A stretch of 63,545 bases of DNA, counting the filler. It is 6 parts of 6 records of this genome, joined end to end, with 100 filler letters (N's around TTAATTAATTAA, not from the genome) between each part and the next. Parts side by side here need not be neighbours in the genome. Positions count along the whole stretch, not along the records: positions 35,411 to 42,471 come from SRR31156797_10090; positions 42,572 to 48,934 come from SRR31156797_10097; positions 49,035 to 54,755 come from SRR31156797_10099; 3 more parts are not named here. One strand, written 5' to 3'. The position numbers and the translations under genes were made by a program. Shown in pieces: positions 39,036 to 50,175 of this stretch; the first letter of the stretch is position 1, and each line of letters starts with the position of its first letter. The notes beneath the pieces are model-generated. The model saw only the letters and a list, made by a program, of their open reading frames with translations. It was not told the DNA's origin and made no database searches.

Positions 39036-39878
39036 TTATCTCAATTCTTGTGGTTGAATAACATCCATATCCGTATAATCCAGGTTTTCACCTGCCATAC
39101 CCCATATAAAAATGTAATTTGATGTACCTGCAGCAGAGTGAATCGACCATTCCGGAGAGATTACAGCCTGTTCATTTTTCATCCACAAGTGGCGTGTTTC
39201 GGTTGGCTCACCCATAAAATGGCAAATTGCCTGATCTTCTGGCACCTCAAAATAAAAATACACCTCATTTCTTCTGCTGTGCTGATGTGGAGGCATTGTA
39301 TTCCAAACACTACCGGTTTTTAATTCGGTCATCCCCATTTGTAATTGACACGTATCTACCACTCCGTTAATCATCAACTGGTTGATATTTCTTTCATTTG
39401 AAGTTTCAAGAGCACCTAAATGTAAAACATTGGCATCAGCCATAGTCACCTGTTTGGTTGGATACTCTTTATGAGCTGGCGCTGAGTTAAAATAATAATG
39501 AGCTGGTTTAGCAGCGTTATTTGACTTAAACTCTACTTCTTTGCTTCCACGACCGATGTACAAAGCATCTTTAATATTCATATTATATTCAACACCGTCA
39601 ACTACAATAATTCCGGCACCACCAACATTGATTACTCCAACTTCGCGACGTTCGCAAAAATATTCTGCTTTCAACGGATCAATAGCCTCAAGGGGTAGTG
39701 GTTCTGCACCAGGAACGGCGCCACCTACAATATAACGTTCAATAGAAGAATACACCATTCTTACGTTGCCCTCTTCCATCAGGTTCTCAACTAAAAATTC
39801 TTTTCTGATTTTTTCAGTATCATACTTTTTAAAATCTTCTGGGTGATATGCATATCTGCATTCGTAAATTGTTGCCAT
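39036..39878 (-). CDS. kduI: 5-dehydro-4-deoxy-D-glucuronate isomerase
   Basis: [49 protein letters not shown]. Confidence 0.95.
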   Translation of the reverse strand: MATIYECRYAYHPEDFKKYDTEKIRKEFLVENLMEEGNVRMVYSSIERYIVGGAVPGAEPLPLEAIDPLKAEYFCERREVGVINVGGAGIIVVDGVEYNMNIKDALYIGRGSKEVEFKSNNAAKPAHYYFNSAPAHKEYPTKQVTMADANVLHLGALETSNERNINQLMINGVVDTCQLQMGMTELKTGSVWNTMPPHQHSRRNEVYFYFEVPEDQAICHFMGEPTETRHLWMKNEQAVISPEWSIHSAAGTSNYIFIWGMAGENLDYTDMDVIQPQELR

Positions 39879-39917
39879 GTTTATTAATTTTTTAGTTAAA
39901 AAGACATTCTAACACAA

Positions 39918-39982
39918 CAAATGTAGGAAGAAAAATGAAAAATGCAATCGATTGCATTGATTAAAAAATATTTTTAACTTTG
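39918..39982. promoter_or_regulatory. Divergent Bacteroidetes -7 promoters with LacI-type operator
   Basis: TACATTTG (minus, 39918-39925), TAACTTTG (plus, 39975-39982), perfect palindrome AATGCAATCGATTGCATT at 39941-39958. Confidence 0.75.
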
Positions 39983-39999
39983 TCATCAAAGAATAAATA

Positions 40000-41028
40000 A
40001 TGGCGCAAAAACCTGAAACAACAATTCACGACATTGCTAAAAAGCTAAATATTTCGGCATCAACCGTATCCCGAGCCCTAAAAGATAACCCATTAATTAG
40101 CGAATCTACCAGAAAAAAGATCAAAGAAACTGCTCAGGAAATGGGGTATCGTCCCAATATAATGGCAGCAAATTTCCGGACTAAACGAACAAATACCATT
40201 GGAATTATTGTTCCACTCATTAACCGGCACTTCTTCTCTTCGGTTATCTCAGGTATTGAAGAAGTGGCTTACAAACAAGGTTTTGCCGTAACGATATCTC
40301 AATCGAACGATAATTTTGAAAAAGAAAACCAGATAGCACATACCTTGTTTGCAAACCGGGTTGATGGATTAATTCTATCGATTGGAATGGAAACACAGAC
40401 CTACGATCATTTAAAACTTTTTACCGACCGCAATATTCCACTGGTTTTTTTCGACCGGGTAGTAGATCAAATAAATGCCCATAAAATTGTTATTGATGAT
40501 CTTGGAGGTGCATACAAGGCAACCCGTCATTTAATTGAACAAGGAAGAAAAAACATTGCACATACAGGCGGTCCGCTTAGCGTTGCCATCTACAGACACA
40601 GGGAACAAGGCTATCGTAAAGCACTTGAAGAAGCTGGTTTGGAAATTCGGGATGATTACATTCTGCATAATAACCTAACAAGAGAGGATGGTATAAAGGC
40701 CATTAAAAAATTATTGCAGTGCGATAAACGCCCGGATGCAATTTTTTGCGGTAACGATACTACGGCTCTTAGCATCATAATCTATCTTAAAGAAAAAGGA
40801 ATCAGAATCCCGGAAGATATCTCAATAGTTGGTTTTAGTAATGAACCTTATACCGAATTGGTTACTCCTTCGATAACAACTATTAAGCAACCCGGATTTG
40901 AAATGGGGCAAAAAGCAGCAGAGTTACTGATCAAACAAATCATAGAAAAAAGCACCCCTGATCATTATGAAACAATTACAATGAAAACAGAATTGGTTAT
41001 TCGGAATTCCTCCTCTGTTTTACGGTGA
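40000..41028 (+). CDS. LacI-family transcriptional regulator
   Basis: TIHDIAKKLNISASTVSRAL, YRPN, sugar-binding domain. Confidence 0.95.
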   Translation: MAQKPETTIHDIAKKLNISASTVSRALKDNPLISESTRKKIKETAQEMGYRPNIMAANFRTKRTNTIGIIVPLINRHFFSSVISGIEEVAYKQGFAVTISQSNDNFEKENQIAHTLFANRVDGLILSIGMETQTYDHLKLFTDRNIPLVFFDRVVDQINAHKIVIDDLGGAYKATRHLIEQGRKNIAHTGGPLSVAIYRHREQGYRKALEEAGLEIRDDYILHNNLTREDGIKAIKKLLQCDKRPDAIFCGNDTTALSIIIYLKEKGIRIPEDISIVGFSNEPYTELVTPSITTIKQPGFEMGQKAAELLIKQIIEKSTPDHYETITMKTELVIRNSSSVLR

Positions 41029-41227
41029 ATCGGCTTTTAAACCTGAAGTTTTGTAAGCTGCTTTAATTCTTGTTTACATAAAAAAATATTTTCGGCTTCA
41101 AACAGCCTACCAGCAAACAGGCAATATTTACCCTGAATTCCAACACTCTAGCCGGCATTTTTCAGCAAATCGTCCATCTAATGTTTACTGTTATACCCGT
41201 AATTTTGAGAATATATAGGCTAACATT

Positions 41228-42436
41228 TTGAATTTGAGAACCTGCATATTGAAATTTGGATTGGTGTGTGTCCTTATCTTTCTTACAAGTTTCGTTACAC
41301 ATGCAAATAAACTGCAAAAGCAAACTCCAACAAAAAACTGTGAAGAGCTTTCCAGAGGCATACCTCCTGTTGCACTAAACGATACCTTTGTCCATATTGC
41401 TGGTATTGCTGTAACCATTAAAGGCAATGTGTTGCTTAACGATTATGATCCAAATGGAGACTCTATCGCTATATATTTTGCCGAGTCGCCCCGCGAAGCT
41501 TTTCTAAATATGATGGAAGACGGTAATTTTGAATTGGAAATCCCAACCATGTACGCAGGAAATTTTAGTTTTGAATATTACATAAAAGAATTAACAGAAA
41601 GTGAGTATAAAGCGCTTGCATTGGTTTATGTTGAAATTGTTGAAAACTATGATCTGGATGAAGTAGCCGATTTAGTAGATCTTGACAACGATAATGATGG
41701 AATTCCTGACAAGGATGAAGGTTATGGGAACCTGGACAGTGACAACGATGGAATTTCAAATAATTATGACATTGACAGCGACAATGACGGAATTACAGAC
41801 AATATAGAATGGCAAAAAGAGCATGGTTATATACCTCCTTCATACATCGACGCCAATAATAATGGCTGGGACGATGCTTACGATACATTAATGGGAGGAA
41901 CATATTATAGTGCTGTAGACACTGATGGGAATGGAGTTCCCGATATATTTGATAAAGACTCAGACAAGGACGGACGGAGTGACTTACTGGAGGCTTTTGA
42001 TTTTGATCAGGATGGTAAAGCCGATCTTCAGCTATTGTTTACCGACTCGGATAAAGATGGACTGGATGATGCATTCGATTCGGTTTTTAAAGGAGATGAT
42101 ATCTGTAATTCAATTGCCAGCACGTGTCAACTAATTGATGCCAATAATAATGGAATTCGTGATTGGCGTGATTTCACGAGTCATTTCTCATCCTCCTCAG
42201 CGTTTGTATATCCCAATCCAATCAGTTCTTCATATCAAATTCATCATCCCGATTTGCAATATAATCAGTCTGTTAAGATTCAAATTTACGACTTAAGGGG
42301 GCAATTGATACAGGAAAACGAAACAGAACACAGCAATGATCATATCTCCGCTCACCAATTACTTAATGGAATATATATTCTCAAAGCCAGTTCTCATTCA
42401 TTCATACATACACAACGAATCGTTGTTAAACACTAA
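41228..42436 (+). CDS. T9SS type-A-sorted protein with Ig-like domain and thrombospondin-3-like DxDxDG Ca-binding repeats
   Basis: PPVALND..NVLLNDYDPNGD, many DxDNDG repeats, C-terminal VYPNP..IYDLRG..GIYILK. Confidence 0.85.
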   Translation: MNLRTCILKFGLVCVLIFLTSFVTHANKLQKQTPTKNCEELSRGIPPVALNDTFVHIAGIAVTIKGNVLLNDYDPNGDSIAIYFAESPREAFLNMMEDGNFELEIPTMYAGNFSFEYYIKELTESEYKALALVYVEIVENYDLDEVADLVDLDNDNDGIPDKDEGYGNLDSDNDGISNNYDIDSDNDGITDNIEWQKEHGYIPPSYIDANNNGWDDAYDTLMGGTYYSAVDTDGNGVPDIFDKDSDKDGRSDLLEAFDFDQDGKADLQLLFTDSDKDGLDDAFDSVFKGDDICNSIASTCQLIDANNNGIRDWRDFTSHFSSSSAFVYPNPISSSYQIHHPDLQYNQSVKIQIYDLRGQLIQENETEHSNDHISAHQLLNGIYILKASSHSFIHTQRIVVKH

Positions 42437-42471
42437 TTCTAATTTTATTTTATAGGTTTTGCAACCCTGGG

Positions 42472-42571
42472 NNNNNNNNNNNNNNNNNNNNNNNNNNNNN
42501 NNNNNNNNNNNNNNNTTAATTAATTAANNNNNNNNNNNNNNNNNNNNNNNNNNNNNNNNNNNNNNNNNNNN
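42472..42571. other. Artificial contig linker
   Basis: N44-TTAATTAATTAA-N44. Confidence 0.99.
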
Positions 42572-42588
42572 CTCTTTACCGTCTGCCT

Positions 42589-43917
42589 TTGTCTATGCAA
42601 CTATTAGAAATGAGTTACAAGGATATGATCAAAAAACAGGGAATAAAAAGGTATGCCCGCAACACCTCATGGCTATTTGCCGAGAAAATTGCCCGGATAA
42701 TCAGCAGCCTGGTTGTCGGGATATGGGTTGCAAGATATCTGGGCCCTGAAAAATTCGGCATTTTTAACTATGCCATGTCATTTGTCGGGCTTTTCGCAGT
42801 ATTCACAACCCTGGGGATTGACGGAATATTGGTTCGGGACATCGTTAACAGCGAAGACAGAAAGAATCAACTGATCGGTACCGCCTTCTGTCTTAAACTC
42901 ATGGCCGCGGTCTTTGTCCTGGTGATTTTGACAATTTCTCTGACTTTTTGCTCAAGCGGCAGAACCGTTAACACACTTATTCTTATCATTGCAGCGGCAC
43001 CTGTTTTTCATAGTTTTGATGTCATAGACAGCTTTTTTCAAAGCAGGGTGCAAAACCGGTTCCCCGTCTATGCCAAACTCATCAGTCTTTCGGCTTCATC
43101 GGTCCTGAAAATTATATTGATATGGGTTAAAGCTCCCTTGTCGGCCTTTGCCTGGGTAGTTTTTTTTGATAGTGTGATTTTGGCGTCCGGGTTTTTATAT
43201 TTTTATTTTCATAACACACTTTCAGCAGGCTCCTGGCGGTTTGAAAAGAATACGGCAAAACGTCTTTTAAAAGAGGGGTGGCCTCTCATGATAAGCGGGG
43301 CCTTTATTACTATTTATATGAAGATTGACCAGGTCATGATAATGGAAATGCTGGACGGTGAAGCGGTTGGTCAATATGCTGCTGCCGTAAAACTTTCCGA
43401 AATCTGGTATTTTATACCGGCTGTTATTTGTACCTCAATATTCCCAGCCATTATAAATGCAAAAAAGGTTAGCGAGGATCTGTATTACAGGCGGCTTCAA
43501 ACACTCTACGATTTTATGATATGGATTTCCTTTGCCATTGCCCTGCCCGTAACGTTTTTCTCCGATGAAATTGTCGGCTTTCTTTACGGAGAACACTATG
43601 ATCAGGCAGGATTGGTGCTGATGATACATATCTGGTCGGGGGGGTTCATGTTTTTATTAAACAGCAGCGGGCGGTGGCTGATCATTGAAAAACTGACCCG
43701 GTATGCATTATACAGAAATTCTTCGGGTGCCGTCATCAATGTCATCCTCAATATTTTTCTGATCCGGCAATTCGGAATTGCAGGGGCAGCCGTCGCAACA
43801 TTGATATCCTATGCATTTGCCGGATTCTTCTTTGATTTTTTCACAAGCGAGATGAGGGGGACTTTTTATATGAAAATGGATGCAATCCTGTTCAAATCTT
43901 TATTGAGCAAAAAATGA
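42589..43917 (+). CDS. wzx: Wzx polysaccharide flippase (start may be 42610 or 42625)
   Basis: NTSWLFAEK, ARYLGPEKFG, IYMKIDQVMI, GQYAAA, GIAGAAVAT. Confidence 0.9.
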   Translation: MSMQLLEMSYKDMIKKQGIKRYARNTSWLFAEKIARIISSLVVGIWVARYLGPEKFGIFNYAMSFVGLFAVFTTLGIDGILVRDIVNSEDRKNQLIGTAFCLKLMAAVFVLVILTISLTFCSSGRTVNTLILIIAAAPVFHSFDVIDSFFQSRVQNRFPVYAKLISLSASSVLKIILIWVKAPLSAFAWVVFFDSVILASGFLYFYFHNTLSAGSWRFEKNTAKRLLKEGWPLMISGAFITIYMKIDQVMIMEMLDGEAVGQYAAAVKLSEIWYFIPAVICTSIFPAIINAKKVSEDLYYRRLQTLYDFMIWISFAIALPVTFFSDEIVGFLYGEHYDQAGLVLMIHIWSGGFMFLLNSSGRWLIIEKLTRYALYRNSSGAVINVILNIFLIRQFGIAGAAVATLISYAFAGFFFDFFTSEMRGTFYMKMDAILFKSLLSKK

Positions 43918-45014
43918 AAATAACCCTCATTACAACACAGAACCATAATATAGGGGATGATTTTGTCCGGGAAGGGCTAAAGTATCTGCTCCGACAGCAT
44001 TTCAAAAACACAAAATTAGAATTCCAGAATATCCATAAACATGCGCCCATTACATCCCGGTATGGGTTTGAAGGATTTCGTTATCACCGCCTGTCATCTA
44101 AACTTGATACATATCTGCCCAAGCGCTGGTCCAAAGATAGAATGCGGGAGGCGGATCTGGTGATTCAAAGCGGTGCACCGGTATATTGGTGCCACGACAT
44201 AGGCGGAGGTCACTGCCATGACACCGACTGGTACGGCCCCCTGATAAAAGAACGATTCCTGAAAAAACATGGGGGCAAATTTTTGAATTTAGCTGCCGGT
44301 ACCTGCCAAAGGTACCATTCAACCGGTGACGAATTCTGTGATAAGTGTAAAGATTACATTAAAGAACTGTATAATATCACTGCTGTTACAACACTCAGGG
44401 ATACCCTGTCAAAAGAAATTCTTTCAAAACTAAATCTTGATTCCCCTGTCATCCCCTGCTGTTCAATTTTTGCCGGTGATGCCCACGGGTTAAAACCCGA
44501 AACGGGGGAATATGTGGTGTTAAACTATATGGAGGGCGGAGCCCATTATACATTTGGCCAGCCCATTGATATAAACAAATGGAAAGAGACATTTACAAGA
44601 TTCTATCTTAATCTCAGGAAAAAGGAAAAGGTCGTCATTGCCTGCCATAACCGGAAAGAAGTCGATGAAACCCTGGCATTAGTTCCCCAGGCCGATATTT
44701 TTTTTGAAGAAAATGATTTTTTGGCATATATGAAATTCTATCAAAAAGCAAAATTCGGCATAGTGAACCGGGTGCACAGTGCTTTTTTAATTGGCAGCTT
44801 TGAAAAACCTTCAATTGTTATCGGCAACGACAGCCGGGCAAGAATGGCGGAAGAAATAGGATTAAGGCACTTTTTTGTAAATGAGGTGGATTATGATACC
44901 TTGAGCAAAAGCTATCTTTATCTAAAAAACGGGGCTGAAAATTTCAGCGGGCGGTTCCGTCTGATTAAAAAAAAAGCGTACAAAGACTATCTGAAAATAT
45001 TATCAACGATATGA
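43914..45014 (+). CDS. Polysaccharide pyruvyl transferase family protein
   Basis: NIGDD, TTLRD..S, NRVHSA. Confidence 0.8.
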   Translation: MKITLITTQNHNIGDDFVREGLKYLLRQHFKNTKLEFQNIHKHAPITSRYGFEGFRYHRLSSKLDTYLPKRWSKDRMREADLVIQSGAPVYWCHDIGGGHCHDTDWYGPLIKERFLKKHGGKFLNLAAGTCQRYHSTGDEFCDKCKDYIKELYNITAVTTLRDTLSKEILSKLNLDSPVIPCCSIFAGDAHGLKPETGEYVVLNYMEGGAHYTFGQPIDINKWKETFTRFYLNLRKKEKVVIACHNRKEVDETLALVPQADIFFEENDFLAYMKFYQKAKFGIVNRVHSAFLIGSFEKPSIVIGNDSRARMAEEIGLRHFFVNEVDYDTLSKSYLYLKNGAENFSGRFRLIKKKAYKDYLKILSTI

Positions 45015-46177
45015 TTAAAAAAATTTTAATTTCAGTAACTTATTATTGTTCTTTTCTAATCAATATTTTTACGAAGCCAAAGCCTGTATTTATTCCCGAT
45101 TCTCTTTTGTTGATACGTCTCGACGGAATCGGGGATTATCTGCTTTTCAGAAACTTTATAAAATCCATAAAACACAGCCGGCGGTATCGCCGCCATAAAA
45201 TCACCCTGCTTGGCAATATTGCCTGGAAGGATCTGTTCGAAACATTGGACAAGGAAGATATCGATACCTGTATCTGGCTTGACCAGAAAAAATTCAATAT
45301 GAATCCCATGTATCGTCACAGGAAGCTGAATCAAATACGGTCTGTCTGCTATGAAACGGTTTTAAGCCCCGTTCTCAGCAGGGATTTTGAATTTACGGAT
45401 TATATTGTAAACCTCAGTTGTGCAAAAGAAAAAATCGGAAGTGCCGGGGATCTGTCAAATATAAAAAACCGGCAAAAAAAAATGTCAGATCTCTATTATA
45501 CCGACCTTATCCCCGTCTCACCCGGACCGGTTTTTGAATTTTACCGGAACAAGGAATTCCTTGAAATCCATCTGGGAATAAAAATTGATCTGAAAAAACC
45601 CGATATCAGGCCGAAATCAGGAACCGGCTGTCAAATCATCCCCCCCAAAAAATACGCGGTGCTTTTCATTGGGGGAAAGGGCGGGTTTAAACAATGGCCC
45701 ATGGCGCATTTTTCCAAGGCGGGGGCTTTCATCCATGAAACCTATGATCTCAAAATTGTGCTCTGCGGGGGGCCTGGGGAGAAAGGAAATGCAGGGGCTT
45801 TCTCAAGAATTTTTCCCTTTGATTTTCTGAATCTTGTCGGCAGGACCTCCCTGACGGACCTGCTGCATATCATTAAAGGCAGTTCGCTCATGGTTTCAAA
45901 TGAAACATTTGCCCCCCATGTTGCCGCGGCACTGGACATACCCCATATTTTTGTGATCTACAATGGGAACCATTTTGGACGGTTTACCCCCTATCCAAAA
46001 AATATCACCAAAGGGTATCACCTTGTATCCCACCCAAAAATTGAAACGGATACGGAAGCCTATAAACAGATTTGCATGCAGGAGGGGTATGAGAGTCTGC
46101 TCAAAATAAAGGATATTGCCCCGGCGGTTCTCATAGATAAGATTAAAAAAAGTATGGCAGGATGCACTGGATGTTAA
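45011..46177 (+). CDS. Glycosyltransferase family 9 (heptosyltransferase-like)
   Basis: IRLDGIGD, KQWP, NLVGRTSL, VSNET..HVAAAL. Confidence 0.88.
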   Translation: MIKKILISVTYYCSFLINIFTKPKPVFIPDSLLLIRLDGIGDYLLFRNFIKSIKHSRRYRRHKITLLGNIAWKDLFETLDKEDIDTCIWLDQKKFNMNPMYRHRKLNQIRSVCYETVLSPVLSRDFEFTDYIVNLSCAKEKIGSAGDLSNIKNRQKKMSDLYYTDLIPVSPGPVFEFYRNKEFLEIHLGIKIDLKKPDIRPKSGTGCQIIPPKKYAVLFIGGKGGFKQWPMAHFSKAGAFIHETYDLKIVLCGGPGEKGNAGAFSRIFPFDFLNLVGRTSLTDLLHIIKGSSLMVSNETFAPHVAAALDIPHIFVIYNGNHFGRFTPYPKNITKGYHLVSHPKIETDTEAYKQICMQEGYESLLKIKDIAPAVLIDKIKKSMAGCTGC

Positions 46178-48934
46178 CCCATCATTCCCATAAAAAAAAT
46201 ACCGGTTTTCTTATTATCTGCTTTCTTTTGATATTCACACCCCTGGCCAGGGCCGGGGTTCATCTCTGGGCCCAAACCATTGTTCAGACGGCGGCCCTGT
46301 CAGGGCTGTTTATCCTGATTGCCCAAAGGATAATCCGTCGGGATGCCCTGGTTCAAAAAAACACCCTGGATGCCCCCTTGGCTGCCATTGGCCTCCTTGT
46401 GCTGGCGGCGGCGCTGGGGTCTGACTATCCAAGCCTGGCGGCTGAAGGAGCCGGTCTGTTTTTCACCTACACGGCAGTCTATTATCTTGGGGTCAATTTT
46501 ATCACAACAAGGCAGGAGCAGCGGATTACGGTGTATACCATTGCCGGAACAGCCGTTTTTATTTCCGTGATTGCCCTGTTAAAACAATTTGAGATCAATC
46601 CCTTCCCCTTTTGGGAATACAAAGATCTGACTTCAAATACCTTTCTCACCGGCACCTACGGGAACCGCAACCATTTTGCAGGATATCTGGAAATGGCCAT
46701 CCCCATGGTGCTTTGTCTTCTTTTTACCCGGAACCGTCCTCTTCCGACAAAAATGCTCATCATCGCTGTTGCCGGCATTCTCCTGATGATACTGACATTT
46801 ACCGTGTCACGAGGCGGATGGATTTCAACGTTTTCAGCGTTGTTGTTCATGGCCGGCGTCAGCCTGAAAAAAAACTATGGTAATCCATTTTTTATCAGGA
46901 CCCTGTTCTTTCTCATCCTTGCCCTGATTCTCATCCTGATCACCACCCCGGCATTCCAGCGGATGGCCCCGTTGATTCAGGCAAACCGGTCAGACCATGT
47001 GGGGTTCCGGTTAAAGGTATGGAACAGCAGTCTTGATCTGATTAAAGACCATCCGGTCACCGGCACCGGCCCTGGAACCTTCGGACAGGCGTTTCCCCGG
47101 TATAATCCGGCGGGTTTTGATGTATTGCCGATTAACGCCCACAACGATTATATCCAGTTTACCGCTGAAACCGGCCTAATGTTTCTTCCCCTGGGGCTGT
47201 GGCTGGTGTATCGTTTTTTTTGCACGGGCTTTGTTAAATTAAGGAGCAAAAGCCGCCAGACAAGGGGGATGACACTCGGGGCAATGACATCCGTGTTTGG
47301 GCTTCTCGTTCATACGGCAGTGGATTTTAATCTGCATATTCCGGCCAACGCCCTGGTGTTCACCCTGCTTTGTGCAATGGTTTGCGCTAAGCCCGACCGG
47401 GCCGGGATCGAACTCACCGTTACCCGGAAACCGGGGGCGGGGCAGGCAGTGAAAAAGACATCCCGCATTTTAATTTTAACCGGGTTGACGGCGGTCTTCC
47501 TTTTATGCATTATTTTTCAGGGATTTTCTTTGATGTCACGCTGGCACTACCGGCAGGGTATTGTTTTCTATAAGACCGGACGGTATGACAAGGCCCTTGA
47601 TTCATTTGTCCGGGCCAACCGGATTCTTGATGCCCGAATTTTCACGATTTCCGCCCCAAGGGACAGATTCCGGGTTCACACGGCAATGGGGAAAACATAC
47701 TACCACCTGGCCCGAAAGGCCAAAACCACCAGAGAATTTTATGATGTATTAACAAAGGGGGCCAAGGCCGTTGACAAAGCCATTGACCATGACGGGGGCA
47801 GTTACCGGACAACCTTCTGGGCCGCAAAAATTCACACAGGACTTGAAACCGTCTGGCCTGTCTTATTCAAAACACAGAAAAACAACCCCTTCAATGCCCT
47901 TCCCCTTTATGAAAAAGCCGTCGTCCTGAACCCCGCCGGGCACCGCATCCGCTACGATATGATTAAATATCTCTACCATAGGGGGGATCGGGATAAAATA
48001 CCGAATCTTGTCAAGCATATGGTCAGCGTCTATCCGTTATCGATCAATCAGCTGGAAAAGGAACCTTTTTATTCGGATCATATCCGTGAAAAAATAAAGC
48101 AAGGACTCTTAAAGGCCCTGAGCAACCACTCTCACCCCAGAATCACTCTCTTTTACCTTTCCCGGATGGCCATGGAAGAAGACGATGTTGATAGGGCTTC
48201 GGCATACTACCGGCAGGGATTGGCGCATCAGCCCCATCTGAATACAGACGCCACGATGATTCACATGGGGGGGCTGCTGCTCAAACAAGGGGCGTACAAG
48301 GATGCAGATCGCTTTTTTATCAAAGCGCTTCAGGCAAATGAAGATTTTAAAACCGTTCTGAAACAAATATACTCCGTATTTAAAGCAGACAGCCGGTATG
48401 AAGAATTTGTGAAATTCTGCAGCAAGGTGCAAAATACCTTATATGCCTCTCCCTATATTGATTTTATGGTTGCCGTCTCTCATATGGACTCCGGGAAACT
48501 CGAACCGGCAAAAAACCTGTTGAATCGGTTGAATGAGGGTGGTGATGACGCCGGGGTCTATGATTTGCTGGCACAGGTTCACCAGAAACAAAGCCATTGG
48601 AGTGCCATGGAAATTGCCGCCCAGAAAGCCACAACCCTGGCCCCCGGGAATCCGGTTTACTGGATCCGGCTTTCCACCTCCCTGGCTGCCCAAACAAAAT
48701 ATTCACAGGCAGAGGCGGCTGCCACAAAGGCCATTGCCCTTTCGACCCCGCCTGTCTTCTGGTATTTCGGCCAGCGTGCCGGTATTAGGAAAGAAATGGG
48801 ACGCGGCCGGGCAGCTCTGGCAGACTGGAAAACGGCTGTAAAAATAAAGCCGGATCATGCAAATTACCATTATGCCATTGCCCTGTCATATCAAGCACTG
48901 GGAAAACCCGGACAGGCCCTGACCGCCATTGACC
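46162..48934 (+). CDS. O-antigen ligase (Wzy_C) family protein with C-terminal TPR repeats, 3' partial
   Basis: GTYGNRNHFAGYL, SRGG, GTGPGTF, AHNDY, DFNLHIPAN, then TPR-like helices. Confidence 0.88.
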
Positions 48935-49034
48935 NNNNNNNNNNNNNNNNNNNNNNNNNNNNNNNNNNNNNNNNNNNNTTAATTAATTAANNNNNNNNNN
49001 NNNNNNNNNNNNNNNNNNNNNNNNNNNNNNNNNN
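48935..49034. other. Artificial contig linker
   Basis: N44-TTAATTAATTAA-N44. Confidence 0.99.
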
Positions 49035-49830
49035 CAATGGCCAGTTGCGCCGGCGTCACGTCCTTTTTCGCGGCAAGATCCTCGACCCGGCGCACCAAGG
49101 CAAGATTGGCTTCGAGCGCGTCGGCGGCGAACCGCGGGTTGTTCAGGCGCCAGTCACCGGGCGCCAGGTCTTCCCGGCGCTTGATTGCGCCGGAGAGAAA
49201 TCCCCGCCCGAGCGGACTGTAGGAGACGAAACCGATCCCCAACCGTCGCGCCGTCGGCAGGATGTCGTCTTCGACTTCCCGGGACCAAAGTGAATATTCG
49301 GTCTGCAATGCCGAGATCGGATGCACCTTATGGGCGCGCTCGAGGATGTCCGGGCCGACTTCGGACAGGCCGATGAAACGAACCTTGCCCTCGGCGACCA
49401 GATCGCTCATCGCCCCGACCGTTTCCTCCACCGGCACGTCGGGATCCGGCCGGTGCTGGTAGTAGAGGTCGATGTGATCGGTCTTGAGCCGCCGCAGGGA
49501 TGCCTCGCAGCACTCGCGGACGTACTCCGGCCGGCCGCTTATTCCGAAGAACTCGCCGCCGTCGCTCCGCCGGATGCCGAATTTCGTTGCCAGGATCACT
49601 TGTTCGCGACGGCCTTCCAGCGCCCCGCCGAGCAGTTCTTCGTTGATGAAGGGGCCGTAAATGTCGGCCGTGTCCCAGAAATTACACCCGAGCTCCAGGG
49701 CCCGATCGAGAACAATGAGGCTGTCGCCAACGTCGTCGCGGCTCCCGTAGAAATCGGACATCCCCATGCAGCCGAGGCCGATGGCCGGGACCTCGAGGCC
49801 CTGCGTTCCAAGTTGAACCGTTTGTGTCAT
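49035..49830 (-). CDS. Aldo/keto reductase, 3' partial
   Basis: [36 protein letters not shown]. Confidence 0.92.
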
Positions 49831-50094
49831 GGGCATCTCCATCAATCGGGGTGGGGCAGGCCGGCATCGAGTAGACGATAAGTGTCATCCCGGCGGCCTC
49901 GTCGCGCGATGATACCGGCGCCTGGAAGGCGGGGGCAATACCAGCCGATAGTCCCCGGTCGCCTCCCAAATGCGGCTGCGATGGTAGCCGAATCGGCCCC
50001 AACCTGGAACCATGAACGGCATTTTCTCCCGGCAAGCTGAGATTTCGACTGCCGGATTGCCAGCCTCGGCTATCTGCGGCCCGAGCAAGTCGTT

Positions 50095-50127
50095 AAAAAA
50101 AGGGCCGCTGCCCGGCGGCAACGGCCC
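50095..50127 (-). terminator. Rho-independent terminator after ABC substrate-binding gene
   Basis: GGGCCGTTGCC-loop-GGCAGCGGCCC then a T-tract on the minus strand. Confidence 0.8.
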
Positions 50128-50175
50128 ACTTTATCCGGTCGAAACGGTCCCGTGTGGACCATTCCGGAAAATCCG

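Noticed and set aside
41680-42170. Repeated GACAxxGAxAAxGAxGG-type units resembling an array
   Set aside because: They encode DxDxDG calcium-binding repeats within a protein; not CRISPR.
35363-49034. ORFs ending in X-runs or 'LIN', and the repeated TTAATTAATTAA
   Set aside because: Artefacts of the assembly linker, not biological repeats.
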